Source: the human T2T-CHM13v2.0 reference genome, Homo sapiens. Taken from it: DNA of 64,000 nt. Below the pieces are notes generated by a model that was given only the letters and a program-made list of their open reading frames with translations, was not told the origin of the DNA and did not search any database. Location: assembly GCF_009914755.1 (NCBI RefSeq), contig NC_060928.1; one strand, given 5' to 3'. Positions 49,341 to 64,000 of this stretch are shown here, piece by piece (within the stretch, counting starts at the first letter, position 1; each line of letters opens with the position of its first letter). A program made the translations under genes and the position numbers.

Positions 49341-50399
49341 CTGATACTAATGTGAATATTGTACTCATAGAAACACTTTTGACTCTTTGTTCTTAAAACC
49401 AGTCACATTCACTGCTAGTTTTGGGACTTGCCCCATCTAAGATAGTGGTTGTCCTCACCTCCCACTATCTTCATGCTTCCCACTTCACTTGCTCCTTTCT
49501 ACCTATTCCTGAATGTCTAATGCAAGTTCTTCACCCCATGTGAAACTCTCCTGAAATATTCCAGCCTTTACTGACTTAAACTTCTGTTTTGGACAAATGA
49601 TTTTCTGATTGTTTTCTTTCTGTTGTTTTCAATTTTCTTTTCCTTCTGCTTTTTATCATCTGCAGTTGTATTTGTAACTTGTTTTAAACAAAAAGAATTG
49701 AAAAATTGAAGTTCCTAACAATGTTCATTCTTTTGCAGCTTACACAGGAAAAAGAAGCAAAACCCACAATATATGTCATCTTCTGTTGTGAAACAAAGAT
49801 ATTTCACACTGATTACCTTATGAGGGCTTGAGTGTCACTGATTGTTTTACTCCAGCATAGTGCTTAAGCATAGTATAGTATTCAGTTAATTAATGTTTAT
49901 TGAGCTTAATTGAATTGACTGCTTTCTAGCTCTGCATTTTCGTTTATACAAAAAATAATGAAAATTTGTTATTTTAATCAGACGTACTCGCCTTCTGATT
50001 CAGATAAAATTACTAATTTTAGTGAGCTGCAATAGTGACAAAATCTATCTCCTGTTATGCCTTTGTATATGTTGTATTCTTGACTGTTCAGCTATTCCAC
50101 ATAAGGTACATAGCTTTTTATTGTATTGACATCATATCAAAGTCCAGATCTAAACCATTTCATGCAATAAAATAAGTAAGTCCTATGAGTTCCAATTTGT
50201 AGACGATACATTCTTGGTAGGGAGCTTAGTTTCTACAAGGAGTCTCGAGTAAAAGCAGCATTTGTTGAATAAATGACATGTTGCACATACATGTGTTTCT
50301 GTGGATTTAAAGGTTTGTTGTAGTTTTCATAAATTGTTTATATATTTATAGCGTTTACAAGATGATTTTTGGGAAAAATAATTTTCTTTCTATAGAACT

Positions 50400-51280
50400 C
50401 CAGACTAGTAAATCCAATTACCAACTTTCCCCGTTACTCATGCCAAAAAACTTGAACTTCTTCCTGCCTGTGTTCCTTCTCTGAGAACTCACATTTATGT
50501 CATTCCCAAATTCTTTTGTCATAAGACACCCAGAATTTGACCAGTTCTCACCATCTCTGTCATTGCCATATGTCGGGGTGGCCTCTCTGGCTGGAGTCTT
50601 GCCATCGCCTCCCAGCTGCTCCCCTACTTTTGGTTCACTCTTGCTTGCTTAGTCTGCTCTCCTCAGAGCTGCTCAATTGATCCTTTTAATATCTAAATTA
50701 AATTATGTTATGTCTGTTCTCAACACTTCCCAATGGCTTCCCACTATGGCCTGCATTTCCCTACACAATTCCATTCCTTGCTTTCGCTCTCCAGTTATCT
50801 CCTATTATTTTACCTTCCTTTCGCTCCACTAACCACTTTATCCTTCTTAATTTTTCTTGGGCTTGTCAAGCAATTACCCACCCCAGTGTCTTTGCACTTG
50901 TAATTCTTGCTGCTTGGAACACCCTTCCTCCAGATTACTGCATGTTGTCCTCCCTCATTTTCTTTGGGTTTCTGCTCAAGTGTCACCTTATCATTATGTC
51001 ATCCCTGACCATTCTCTATAAAACAGCAACTGCTGTTTTTTTAATCTTTCCGTATCTGCTTTACCATGCTTCCTTTTTTCTCAATAATATTTATCACTAT
51101 TTTAAATAATATATGTTTGCTTACTTATTTAATGTGAGGCTCACCCAATACTGGAGCAAAAGATACTTTAGAGCATGTACTATTTTATATATATATATAT
51201 AATGAAACATCCCCAAAGCCTAGAACAGGGCATCAAACAAAGAAAGCATGGAATACATATTAAGCAAATAGAAGAAAGAA
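50400..51280 (+). mobile_element. L2 LINE fragment
   Basis: 'tttgcacttg...ctgcttggaacacccttcc...tctgctcaagtgtcacct...cctagaacaggg' L2 3' region. Confidence 0.65.
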
Positions 51281-54200
51281 AAAGTAAATAATCCAGAAAA
51301 ATATTTTCTAATTTGTTTTAACCTTTTGTTATTTTATATTTTCTCCTTAGTGACAATTAAAAATTCCATCTACTATTATATTTTCCCCCCAACACTTCCA
51401 ATGGTTTTCTGCCGTTGGAATAGGACCTTGCTAAAACAGGCTTTTCATAAAGTTCTGAATTACATATTAATTTCTCTTTTGGCCTCACAGTAGGAGGATG
51501 AAATACTGCAAGTGGTAGAAGATTATTTTTACCTTAGAATACACATCCTAGTGCATGTTGCAAGGCTCCAAATATATCTATTCTAAAGCGTTGATTTACA
51601 TTTACCCTCAAAAACTAAAAGCAAGCGGAGTTTGACTTCTTTGTTCTTTCATAGTAAATATCCTGTGTAATGAGAGACTTTTGTTTTCTTAAAAAAAGTC
51701 CTCAGAGAAAGCTGCACTATTACTCAAATTGTTTCTGTCAAATTGAATTTCATTTGTGAATTTGTGCTAGTTTAAAACATTTAAAAATCAGACATTTTGG
51801 CATATTGTTTTTGGATTCAAAGGAAATTATAATTACAGCAGTTACAAAGCAAGGAAAAAATAGCTGTTGAATCATCTATGGAGCATATTGCATAATTTGT
51901 AATTTTAGACTCTCAGTAATTCAATTAATTTAACATGACAACTTTTCTGTGCTTTACAATTTGGCAATTTCTAGCAATTTAATAGGTTTCCCCCTTTTTA
52001 TTTCCAAACATTCCCATAAGGTTTACAAGTCTTTGAAATGCTAATTTCAATCAAAGTACAGTTTAATTTAAAATTTCATTGTTAATTGTAGTTATTTATC
52101 CATTTCAGTTATCGACGATCCAGCCCAGTGGCATTTGTCAAAATGAGCAGTCAGTTCATCTTGGGTTTAGATACTAAACTGGAACATTTAAAAGTTAACC
52201 TAATGATATGTTTAGTAATAATAAAGCTGTAAACAAATTTATAATCTATGCTTAATACAAATTGTAACATAACTTTAAAAATACTCAAGACATGAATAAC
52301 AGTAATGAGTTTTCGCTGTAAAGAGAGCTGTGATATAATGTGGGAGAAATTGAAATTATTATAAATAGAAAATAATTTTGAGAACTGCTACTGTCATAGA
52401 ATTAATAATTTTGCACTGTTTTTGAAAATCACTCCATTTAGAAGATCAGCTGGAATGTCTGTTTCCTCATAGATAAATTTTTAACAGAATAGCATCTTTA
52501 CTGCTGCATCATGAAGTGAAATCAGTGAAAGTGTTATTTGTTGAAGTGCTTAGCTCTGTGATCTTATGAGAGTTTTATTATCTTCTTCCTAGATGAAAAA
52601 TATCTCTTGTTGTAATCATCTTTGACATTAACTTGACAATGTTTAGATGGCATGTAAATCAGATTATGATGCCTAACCATTATTAACACAGCAAATGAAT
52701 TTTTACTCTCGAGTTCATAAATCCACAAGGAGCATTTTTTAAATATAATATCCTTTTAATAAACCTAGATATTTAAAAATTAATTTTTACATTATCCCCA
52801 AATACTCCAAATATTATACTTTTTGTTATATTTGTTTTTACTAGTCTAGACAACTCAAATAAAATAGCTAATCTTCTATGATATTTATTTACCAATTCTA
52901 TTTATATTTATACTGCATTGTGTTTTATGATCTATGGATAAAAGCTTTAACTTGTCAACCTATTAGGCTGTTTAGACATTAAATTCAGTTTCTTTTTCTC
53001 TAGGCTGAATCTGATTTATTATTGCACCAAATACAGTTAATAAATACTCTTTTATGGAAATTATTTATTCTGACCTGAATCTGCCTTAATCATGGAGATT
53101 AAATGAGACTGACAAAAAATAGAAAGAACCTTAAGGTGTCTGGTTACATATTTTGTTGTAGAATGTTTACCTTATATGCATAGATAGACTAATAAAACCT
53201 CAATGTAAATATAAGCTTTAGAATGCAGGGGTTTATTTGGTGGATTAGATGGCACTGATCTAGTCTTTTCATGACTACCTCCCCTTGAGGTACCGAAAAT
53301 CTGGATTATCTTTACTTCCAGAAGAAATTACCAGAGACCCACTGGCAAAGTATTTAATAAGACAATTATTTTCTTTTAAGTGCAGTAAATGCAGGCAGTG
53401 TGTAAAATCTGAATTGAATACAAGAGATTTGAAAGCGAGGGATATACAAAGAGAGAACATGCTTATTTTCTGGTTTCTTTAGTCCAAGAAAGATAATGTT
53501 GAACTGAGAATGGGTGAGAACAAGGTAACTGACCTGGGGATCTCACAGTTTTGTGGAAACAGTGATTTGCTACCAATGCATATATGAGGCCTTTACACTT
53601 GTTCTATTCTTATTACCATTTGGACAATTTCACGTCTCTTGTCATCTTGCTCTCCATAGCTCACTGTTAAGTCTTCAGACATTGACTATCCTCACCCTTA
53701 CGCCATCCTCCTTTCTCAGAAAGTAATCATGCCTACCTTTCTTTTCACAGAGAAAATGGAGACAATGAGAGTTCTACTCACTCAATTTCTGGCAATACTT
53801 CCCACATATACATTTCTATACTTTTGCATTCAGCATTATTTTTCTCATTCCAGTCATAAAGGAAAGGTCATTTATCAAGAATCTTGTTTGCAAGTGAAAG
53901 AACCATAGCACCGAGTATCCCTCTGTCACCTGCTCATTTTCCCGTAATAGTTAATCACTCTGAAATAATATTCTTATTTTCTCTTACTTTCTCACCATGA
54001 AGTTTTCCATACTCCAGGACTTTGTGGAAACTGATCTTGTTAAGGATGTCCATAGTTTCCTCATTGTTACCATCGGTGGACTTCATCCTCTTTCTCTTCT
54101 CTGTCATGTTATATTGCTGATTATTCCTTTATTCTTAAAACATCCTTTTTGGCTTTTAGATCATAGTATTTTTTAAGATTTTTTCTTATCTTATTGCTCT

Positions 54201-54641
54201 TTTCTTATCAGTTGCCTTCTCTAGTATCTTTTCCTTAGGTATTGATGTCCTCCAGATATTGATTCTGGGTGCCTCTCTTCTTCTTCACTGCATTTTCCCC
54301 CAAATGATTTAATTAACTTCAATTCTCAATTGATGATAATAAAAGTCTCTTTCTTCAGGTCAGCCTCTTTATCTGTATGACTTGCAGGCATGTCATCTTT
54401 AATATGTTCAGAATAAACTATCCTTGCTATCTTGCAAACTTTCTCTTCTATTTTTTGGGGGCCTTTATCAACTTGCTTATCAAAGTCATTTATCATATCC
54501 TTTTAATTATAAAGTCTTATTTATACAGCTTCTTAATTAAAACTTCAGTCTGCCTTCCTTCCATTCTCACTGTCATTACCTAAATTCAGGGCCCATTATT
54601 TATCACCTAGGTGATTGCAGTAGCCTTAAAACTAGACTCTA

Positions 54642-54993
<352 letters not shown>

Positions 54994-55010
54994 TCATGTT
55001 ACTTTTCTGC

Positions 55011-55550
55011 AATTTATTTTATTTTTCTTAATTTTTGTGGGTACATAGTGGTATATATATGTATGAGGTACATGCGACGTTTTCATACAGGCATGCAATG
55101 TGTAAGAATCACATCATGGAAAATGGGGTAGCCATGCCCTCAAGGATTTATCCTTTGTGTTACAAACCATCCAATTATACTCTTTTAGTTGTTTAAAAGT
55201 GTAGAATTAAATTATTGACTATAATAACTCTGTTGCGCTATCAAATACTAGGTCTTATTCATTCTTACTAACTATTTTTTGTACCCATTAACCATCCTGA
55301 CTCCCCTCCCCAAGTCCACTAACCTCCCCAGCCTCTGGTAACCATCCTTTTACTTTCTATCTCCATGAGTTCAATTGTTTCAACTTTTAGATCCCATAAA
55401 TAAGTGAGAACATATGATGTTTGTCTTTCTGTGCCTGGCTTATTTCACTTAACATAATGACCTCCAGTTCCATCCATGTTGTTCCAGATGAAAGGATGCC
55501 ACTCTTTTTTACAGTCGAATAGTACTTCATTGTGTATGTGTACCACATTC
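55011..55550 (-). mobile_element. L1MA1/2-type 3' end
   Basis: 'tttttgtgggtacatagt...atacaggcatgcaatgtgtaagaatcacatcatggaaaatggggta'. Confidence 0.85.
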
Positions 55551-55757
55551 ATTTATTTTTCTGCCTAAATATTCTTGACATACAAATAATTTTTCCATTT
55601 AGTATCATATTTCAAGATTTAACTTAGTCTTCTCCCAAAGTGCTGTGTTCTGCACGTGTTCTTATTATACTTCTTATCACACTTACTTGAATCTGTTTGT
55701 GTAACTTTTTTTTTGACTGGTTTCTCAGTACATCATAAATGTAGAGACTGTGTGGTA

Positions 55758-55997
55758 CAGATACTTCTCGCCTTACAATGGGGTTACATACCAATAAACC
55801 CAATAGATATTAAAAATATTGTGAAATCGGAAATGCATTTAGTACCCCCATAAACTCCTTGTAAAGTTGAAAATTTATAAGTTGAGCCATCAAAGATCCA
55901 GATGCTCCTTGACTTATGATGGGGTTACATCCTGTTAAATTCATGATAAGGTCAAAAAATTGTTAAGTTGAACTATTATTAAGTTGGGGAGCATCTG
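55758..55997. mobile_element. MER47-type (TcMar-Tigger) MITE
   Basis: TIRs 'cagatacttctcgcctta' / 'taagttggggagcatctg' flanked by TA; internal repeat of 'atggggttacat'. Confidence 0.75.
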
Positions 55998-58590
55998 TAC
56001 TTATCCATCTGCCCTCATGCCAGGTATAGTAACTTGTGCTTAATAAAACTTTAATACACCTCTGAATGAATGTATGTGTGAATTGTCTAATAGATGTAAC
56101 TAAGAATAAAATGAGGATAACTTCAAAAGAGAACATATGTATATTAAATATGCTATTTTTACAGAATTTATTCAATGAGACTACTTTCTCGTTGTGTATA
56201 AAATATTGAATGCATATAAATTCAATTTCCTCGTAACATTCATTTGACCAACTTCAGCCAGACAGTCCTTGATTCCCATGTTTGACAGTTTGCTCATCTG
56301 CTTAGAAAAAGGGAAAGGAAGAAAAAAAGAAAACCATGCTCTTTCCATTAAAAGAGTTGGCACTATCAACTGTTTTATTGTCAAAACTAAATATAATTTT
56401 ACCAATGATGATGACATTTAAGAATACACGTTTGTGTGTAAGCTGGCCTTTAATACAAACATTTAACAGAAATATGTGTAGGAATGTAGTAGGAGAACCA
56501 CCAGCATTGAAGTCATTGATTGCCATGTTACTGACAAAGTATTTAAATGGAAGAAACAAGAGATTGAGTTGTCTCCCAAACAGTAAGGGTACTATGTGTG
56601 TTTTTGCAGGTTTATTATTTTGGAATTGAAAAATTTTAAGAAAAAGTTATCATTTGGGATGACAAATGCTAAGTGAAGAATCCTGTAGCAGAAGTTTATT
56701 GTTGGTTACTGCTGCTAATTCTTCCCAGTGTGGTACTTTATAAAACAAATTTTAAATTCTACTTGGTTATTCTCAGGACCAAAAGGTGATAATTTTTTGT
56801 GTGTGTCTGCTTGAAAATATGCAGTATGAAAACTCTTAAATCAATAGTTTGTAGTACAGAGAAATAATTACTGCTTGGAAAAGAGTAATTTTCAATCATA
56901 TACTAAATGAACAGACAAATTAACAAAAACGTTTATTGAACTTATGCTAAAGGCACTGAGCACAACCATGAACAACACACATGGCCCTTACTCTCTTCGA
57001 ACCCAGCAGCATAATTTATCTCTTAGATTAATTCAATAGCCTCCTATAAGATCTCCACATCTCTCTATCTTCTAAACCATATTTTAGAGTAATTATTGTA
57101 AAACAGAAATCTTATGTAATCTCACTGTTTAAATCATTTCAGAAATCATTTCAGAAATTAACCATTACTCTTAGAATTAAGAGAAAAAGAATTTTATTTT
57201 TTCTCTATAGGCTGTGATGGTTTTGGCTCTACCTGTCTTCATAGTCTCCTTTAATACCCTCCCCCATTTATTTCTGTGGTCTAACCACTCTTTCCTTCCT
57301 TAATTTATGTAAATACCCTACTTTTTTTCTGCCATATGACCTGTGCACATTCTGCTTTTTCTATATAAAATGGTGTTTAAATATTTTAATGAAGTTAAAA
57401 CACATTTTACCCAAATAATGGATGCCGCTTGGACTAATGGTTATAGAAGCTGTTACATAAAGAATCCTTTGTAAATTTATAGAAATGTCATAGCTTAACC
57501 AAATATTTCTTGCATAAATATAAATAGGCAAAATGTGATCAAAACAATATTTAAAATTATACATTTAATACAGATTTCTTATTATTCAGTTAAGTGGTAT
57601 ATTTCTTAAGCACTTATAACCGTGTAGATCTCTCTTCTTTATTGCAGTAAAATTATGGTAATTTATATTTATTTTGTTTTGTGGCACTTTATATAATTAT
57701 GTGATATTTCAATTATAGCTAGATTGTCAGTGAAAGCTTAGATTATACTCAATATAATTCTACTTAAGTATAAGATTTAATTTGAATACTAAACCTGAAA
57801 GCTTCTTAACTTCGAATGCTTTCCATTATCAAGTAATGCTTGATTTTTAATTTGTCTAGATTTATGAAGAGCTTTAGAGTACTTGATGAAATTTTATTTG
57901 AAAGCATCAATATGGTCACAATTTTCTGTTACTGAAAAAATGTGTGCCTGTGTATGTCTGTGTTTGTGGCATGCCACATAAATAATGTATTACAATACTT
58001 GTATGTACATAAGTACTGGTTGCTTTGGAAAATATATTGCTCTTCTATCTAGTTTGACTTGACAATGAAATTACAAAGAATTGTTGCAGTTTTAAATTTA
58101 TTATTTTTAATTTCATCTTATTAATAAAAATAATAATGTAAATGGTCACAGAATTTCTTTCCCCAGTAACCTTTTATTGAGGCTACAGTAGACAATATAT
58201 TTACTTTCAGTGGAAGAAATAGTAAACTTCCCATGAATTAAAGTAGATCAGATTTTATAGAAATGTTTCTATGCCCTATGCAGGTGAATTCAATATGGAT
58301 AGCTCTGATCTTTCCGAAGGCTCTTTGTTTGAAGGTTAAAGAAATAAGGTTATTTTGTTTGTATGTTTATAACTTAATTTTATATTCCTGTAGTTTTTCT
58401 ATATGATTAAGTACATTATAGAAGCACTACAGAGTATAATTGGAATAAACAAAAGCATAAATAATAGGACAGATTTGCCTATAATTTTTACTTGTTTATC
58501 AGGCTGCCAATTTATAAGGAACTAATTTCACCTCATAAGACTAAATACTATGTATTTTTTAAACATTCAGTGATAACTATTAACATAAGC

Positions 58591-58634
<44 letters not shown>
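58591..58634. repeat. (TCTA)11 tetranucleotide microsatellite
   Basis: Counted directly. Confidence 0.95.
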
Positions 58635-58635
<1 letters not shown>

Positions 58636-58698
58636 ATACTTTATTGGTAGAATAGAATGAGCTTTTTAGTTTACCTAATAGGGACTATCTCTTGGATT

Positions 58699-58935
58699 AC
58701 AGTGGCTATCTCTGGTTTCACTTTTGGCAGGTGGAGCTATCCACAGTCATCCACAGTCCAAAAATATGAAATGGAAAATTCCAGAAATAAACAATTCATG
58801 CTTTAAATTTCAGGCTGCTCTTGTATCTCACCCTGACCTTCCCAGAACGTGAATCATCTCTTTGTCCAGCATGTGCATGCTGAATATGTCCCCTACATTT
58901 TACTCTTTTTAGTAGCTGTCATGATTTATCAGAGG
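58699..58935. mobile_element. MER44-type (Tigger) fragment; the other end is at about 60005-60066
   Basis: 'aaaatatgaaatggaaaattccagaaataaacaattcat' and 'cgtgaatcatctctttgtccagc'; distal 'ggtttctgacatccactggtggtctt'. Confidence 0.65.
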
Positions 58936-59194
58936 CCCAAGCTGAGGTCCCATCAGAGGCCCAGTTGAGGCCACAGCAGCAACCTCACCAGAGAAACTGG
59001 CAGAGTAACTGATAGAAGAGGGAAAGAAAGAAGGGAAAGATACGGAAAAATAAGTAGAAGAAAACTAGAAAATAGAAGAAAATGTTCAGTTGAAGTAAAA
59101 GGCAAATGTATCAAACACTTTAAGCACCAAAGGAATGTGAGAAGCAAGGTTTAGGTGGAAAAACATAGGTCCACTGGCTCTGATATCCCAGTAA

Positions 59195-59567
59195 ACACCA
59201 TGGAATATTATGCAGCCATAAAAAAGAACAAGATCATGTTCTTTGCAGGGACATAGATGGAGCTGGAGGACATTATCTTTAGCAAGCTAATGAAGGAACA
59301 GAAAACCAAATACTGCATGTTCTCACTTATAAATGGGAGCTAAATGATGAGGACATATGGACACATGGAGGGGAACAACACACACTGGGGCCTTTTGGAG
59401 GCTGGAGGGTGGGAGGAGGGAGAAGATCAGGAAAAATAACAAATGGGTACTAGGTGAAATACCTGGGTGACGAAGTAATTTGTACAACAAACCCCCATGG
59501 TGCACGTTTACCTATGTAACCAACCTGAACTTGTACACCTGAACTTAAAATAAAAGTTAAAAAAAAG
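59195..59567 (+). mobile_element. Older L1PA (about PA13-15) 3' end
   Basis: 'caccatggaatattatgcagccataaaaaagaac...gggaggagggagaagatcaggaaaaataac...cctgaacttaaaataaaagttaaaaaaaa'. Confidence 0.88.
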
Positions 59568-61619
59568 GTATCAATGTTATTCTAAAATGAAAGTTTTTCT
59601 ACTCTCATAAAATATTTCAGTATTTTTGTTATGTGTACGTATTTGAAATCATAGATTATATAATATTATTTTACTATGTTCTTTTATCCATTTCATAAAA
59701 CCATATTATTCAATTATTCACACGTATCTTGGACATTAACATTCTTATCTCAATAGGGCAAATTTTTAATTTTCCCCAAACTGTTTTTCAGGGCATGCTA
59801 TATTCCAGCTACACTGTATTGCACATAGTACTGTCTCTATCTGTTTTTAATTATCAGTGGACTTTTCATCTCAATAAAAATTACTCAGTATATTAAGACA
59901 ATTGTTCATTTGATTATTTTAATTATTCTGTTAATGTACACTGATTAAATGAAAGGAGTTTATAATTCCAAAGATAGAATTATATTTTCAGATTAAAAAA
60001 AAGAAAAAACGTAGTGAATTTAGGGTTTAGCATTATCTGAGGTTTCTGACATCCACTGGTGGTCTTTTTTCCCACAAACTATTATGTGTATCACTGCCAG
60101 AATAATTGCCCTAAGCAACGGTCTTAAACGTTGTTGTGAACTACATTTTAACTATCTGGAATGTGGCTTTGTCCATATTTTTATATATCTTTTTTCTATT
60201 AATCTCTGAGTTTATAGAAGGTAGAAAGCATTTTTTATTTATCTCTGTGGCTAGCACTGTATCTGATGTTTCCTAAATATAAGTTTATGGCTTTGAAAGA
60301 ATGAGTTCCAGTGTGCATAAAAATCCTAATGGGGTCCCTCCTAACATAAAATGGAGGCCAAACTGTAAGGGATTCTGTTTTATTTGCCTAAGAGACAAAA
60401 AGTCAGTCTATATTAGGGAATTTGGGAAGGTGAAATTTGAAGTAAACAAGTATATTGACTTTCTAGTTTTAGGTTATCACTTATTTAGTAGGCATGAAAT
60501 TATTTTTTAAATCATATCCTGAACTTGTATTTATTCAACAGATATATTTACAAATAACTCAGGTAAATACGTGGCAAAATAATTTTGAAACCTAGCCCTT
60601 GCATTTTAGATTTCTAATTATATAATTTTAGCAGTCAAAAGATCTTAGGAATAATAAAATAAAGTAATTGTATAAAGGCATTGGTGAGCACTTGTTTAGG
60701 ATATAGGATAGAAACGTGGTGGCATACAATTCTAGAATTTACTTTTCTATCTTGTCTCCTGGTTGTGAGCTCTAATTTTAGTGAAACAAATTCATTTCTC
60801 AGAATGGCATGTTCTTATTTTTTTGTATTCCATTCACCTTGTATATACTGTTTCTTCCTCTGTAATCTTCCATCCTTTAAAATTCTTTACCCTTGTTTGT
60901 CATGTATTTCATTTTCTTCTTTTCATACCATTACTCTCTGCTTTCCTAAAAGACTCCTTATCTCTTAGTATACATTGTGTGAACCTCTAACAGTGCTTAA
61001 CTCTATTAATTATAACAATAATTAGAGTTACAACAGTAACTAATTTTCATTCTTGTGCTCAGAGCTGTTCAAGCACTGTCACGTATAACCACAGGAAACC
61101 TCTGTGAGTAACACTCTTCATTCACGTGAGGTAAATGAGGCATAGTGAGTTTAAGTAAAAAGTGTTCACAGTTCCACAGATGGAAAGACTTAGAAACCCT
61201 AAACTGTCATAACCCAAAGTGCATAATCATAAACACTACTCCATGTTGTAAAAGAAGATAAACAGTTCTGCATCTTTCATTGTACTTTTAGCCCTGGAAA
61301 TACAGGAATTATGCCATTTCAAAAATGTTTAAAACAAAAGTATCAGATTCAGGGCCTGGCACATAATAGATGAACAATCATTATTGAATTAATAAGTCAT
61401 GAACAAGTAAGTAAATGTATCAAAAATACATGCTAGAGGGATGACTATAGGGTGATTCTGCAAGGTAGAGGGACTGAAGAAACTCTTATAGAGAAGACGA
61501 ATATGAACTGAGCATTCAAATATGTATGTGGAAAAAAGAGGGTGCAGGTAAACCCAGCAGATTATTTGCGAGTGTTATAAGAGAATCATGGGAAAATTTT
61601 TGGAATCCTGGCAATGCTC

Positions 61620-63240
61620 AGGGAAAAATCCAGTTTTCCCATTACTATGAGGAATAGGGCAAGTATATTCTTGATTATGAGTATTATTTAGTGTTGTTTT
61701 GAAGGTATATGCTAAAGTAATTGGACAAGATGAAGAAATAAAAATTGGAAAGGAAGAGGTAAGATTGTTATTATTTGCTAAGCATGTAATTGTTTACATA
61801 GAAAACTAAGGAGAGTAATTTGAAAAACAACAAGGCCAAAATAAAAACCAACAATTTAATTAATATGGCACTATATAATACTAATCTACAGACATAAATT
61901 AATTGGCTTTTTATATTCAAACAAAAAGTATTTGGAATATGTAACGGAAGTAAAGCTACCATTTATAATGGCACCAAATATAACAAATATAGCTGTCTAT
62001 AAAACGGGAAAGATGATTTCAAAGAGAAATTTTAAAAGATCTTGAAGTACACAAAAGGAATCTTGAAGAAAAGCATAGTCAACCATATTCTCTGATAAAA
62101 GAATCTGTTTCATAAAGATAATAAATTCCCCCAGTTAATCTAAAAATGTATTTTACTGCAATAAAATATCAATGGTTTTTAAAAAGAATTATACAAATCT
62201 AAAAATTTAGTTAATCTAAAAATGTATTGCACTGCAATAAAATATCAGTGGTTTTTTTGAAAGAATTATGACAAATGACTTATAGTACTAATAAGAAAAT
62301 GAACAAATAAGATAATCCAGGGCATGTTCGAAAGGGAAAAATAACAAGAGGGCACTAGCCCTATCAGATATTAAAATATATAAAGCTGCTGTAATTAAGA
62401 AGGGATGCTGTTTTAACAGGTATTAAAATATATTGTAAATCTACAGGTACTAGTGCACATACAGTCAATCAGATTGATGGAACATTTTTAAAAAGCAATA
62501 AATCCAAATACAGAGAGAAATTCAATAGGATAGTAAGGGTGACATTTCTAATCAGCGGGCAAAGATACCTTGTCCAGTAAATGGTTTAGGGTATCTTGGT
62601 GTTCACTTGGAGAAAAAGTTGTGTCTCCCCTTTTCATGTTTTATACCAAAAGGAATTCCAGAGAGAAGTCAAAATATGAAGCCATGAGAAGCTGTAACAA
62701 AGCATGCAAGATTTCTATGGAGAAATCTCAAGTTGGAAAAGATATTTCTAATGATACCATACACTTGAAGAAATGAAGTAAATAATAATTTGAGTATATA
62801 TAAATGGAACAGAATTCCACTTATAATAACAAAAATTTTTTTAGAAAATAGTGAATAAGCTGAAAACAGTGTGTATGTTCAACAATCGTGTAAAAAAAAG
62901 TACATTGTGTGTATGTATTTCTAGAAGAAAACAAAATAAATATGTAGCAATGATTGACTCTGGAAAAATAGATTATTTATGGACTGGGTAGTAATGAAAC
63001 ACACACACATTCTTCTGCAGATTTTGTCTACATTTTATCTTTGCATAAAATTTTTTGTTTTTTGTCTACTTTTTTGTCTACATTTTATCTTTGCATAAGA
63101 AATTATGAATAAAACTACTTAGTCATAATAAATAGAAATGTTGACAATGAGTGTGTTGATGGCAGATCTGTGGATGGATGACTTCCATTTATACTTTTTT
63201 TGTGTGTGTTTTTAAATAGAAAAACTCTATAATTGTTTCC
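61620..63240 (+). mobile_element. Ancient L1M/L1ME ORF2 fragments
   Basis: 'aaaattggaaaggaagaggtaagattgttattatttgc' and 'actagccctatcagatattaaaatatataaagc' degenerate ORF2. Confidence 0.55.
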
Positions 63241-63327
63241 AAATATCTTTATATCCTCAACTTTATAATTTATGAGCAGTGTATCATATTTCTAAATCTA
63301 TGTTCTCATTAAAAAATACGGAGATTA

Positions 63328-63960
<633 letters not shown>

Positions 63961-63994
63961 CATATATGTATATATACACACACACACACACACA
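63961..63994. repeat. (TA)n(CA)n microsatellite at the Alu tail
   Basis: 'catatatgtatatatacacacacacacacacaca'. Confidence 0.85.
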
Positions 63995-64000
63995 GATAGT

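Overview
This is AT-rich primate (human-like) genomic DNA from inside the very large gene CCSER1 (FAM190A; in human, 4q22.1 within the FRA4F fragile-site region), on the + strand. It contains the first coding exon (19531-20895: 41 nt of 5'UTR plus 1324 nt of CDS from the ATG at 19572) and the next coding exon (24148-24332, 185 nt). The rest is intron filled with L1, Alu, MIR, L2, LTR and DNA-transposon relics, plus a BC200 retrocopy. Main points of interest: (1) the two exons are bracketed by a ~1.37 kb inverted pair of closely related young L1s and several inverted Alus, and a back-spliced 1550-nt circle would carry an AUG-initiated ORF running more than once round the circle (619 aa, with a new 116-aa hydrophobic tail); (2) the same +1 frame has its own AUG, giving a 77-aa alternative ORF; (3) two inverted L1s share a perfect 150-bp tract, suggesting gene conversion; (4) a 2.5-kb L1 fragment has no 5' end, 3' end, poly(A) or TSD; (5) there is a candidate cassette/poison exon near 36.9 kb and a strong CTCF motif at 26.54 kb. 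Repeat subfamily names and the boundaries of old repeats were assigned by eye and are approximate.
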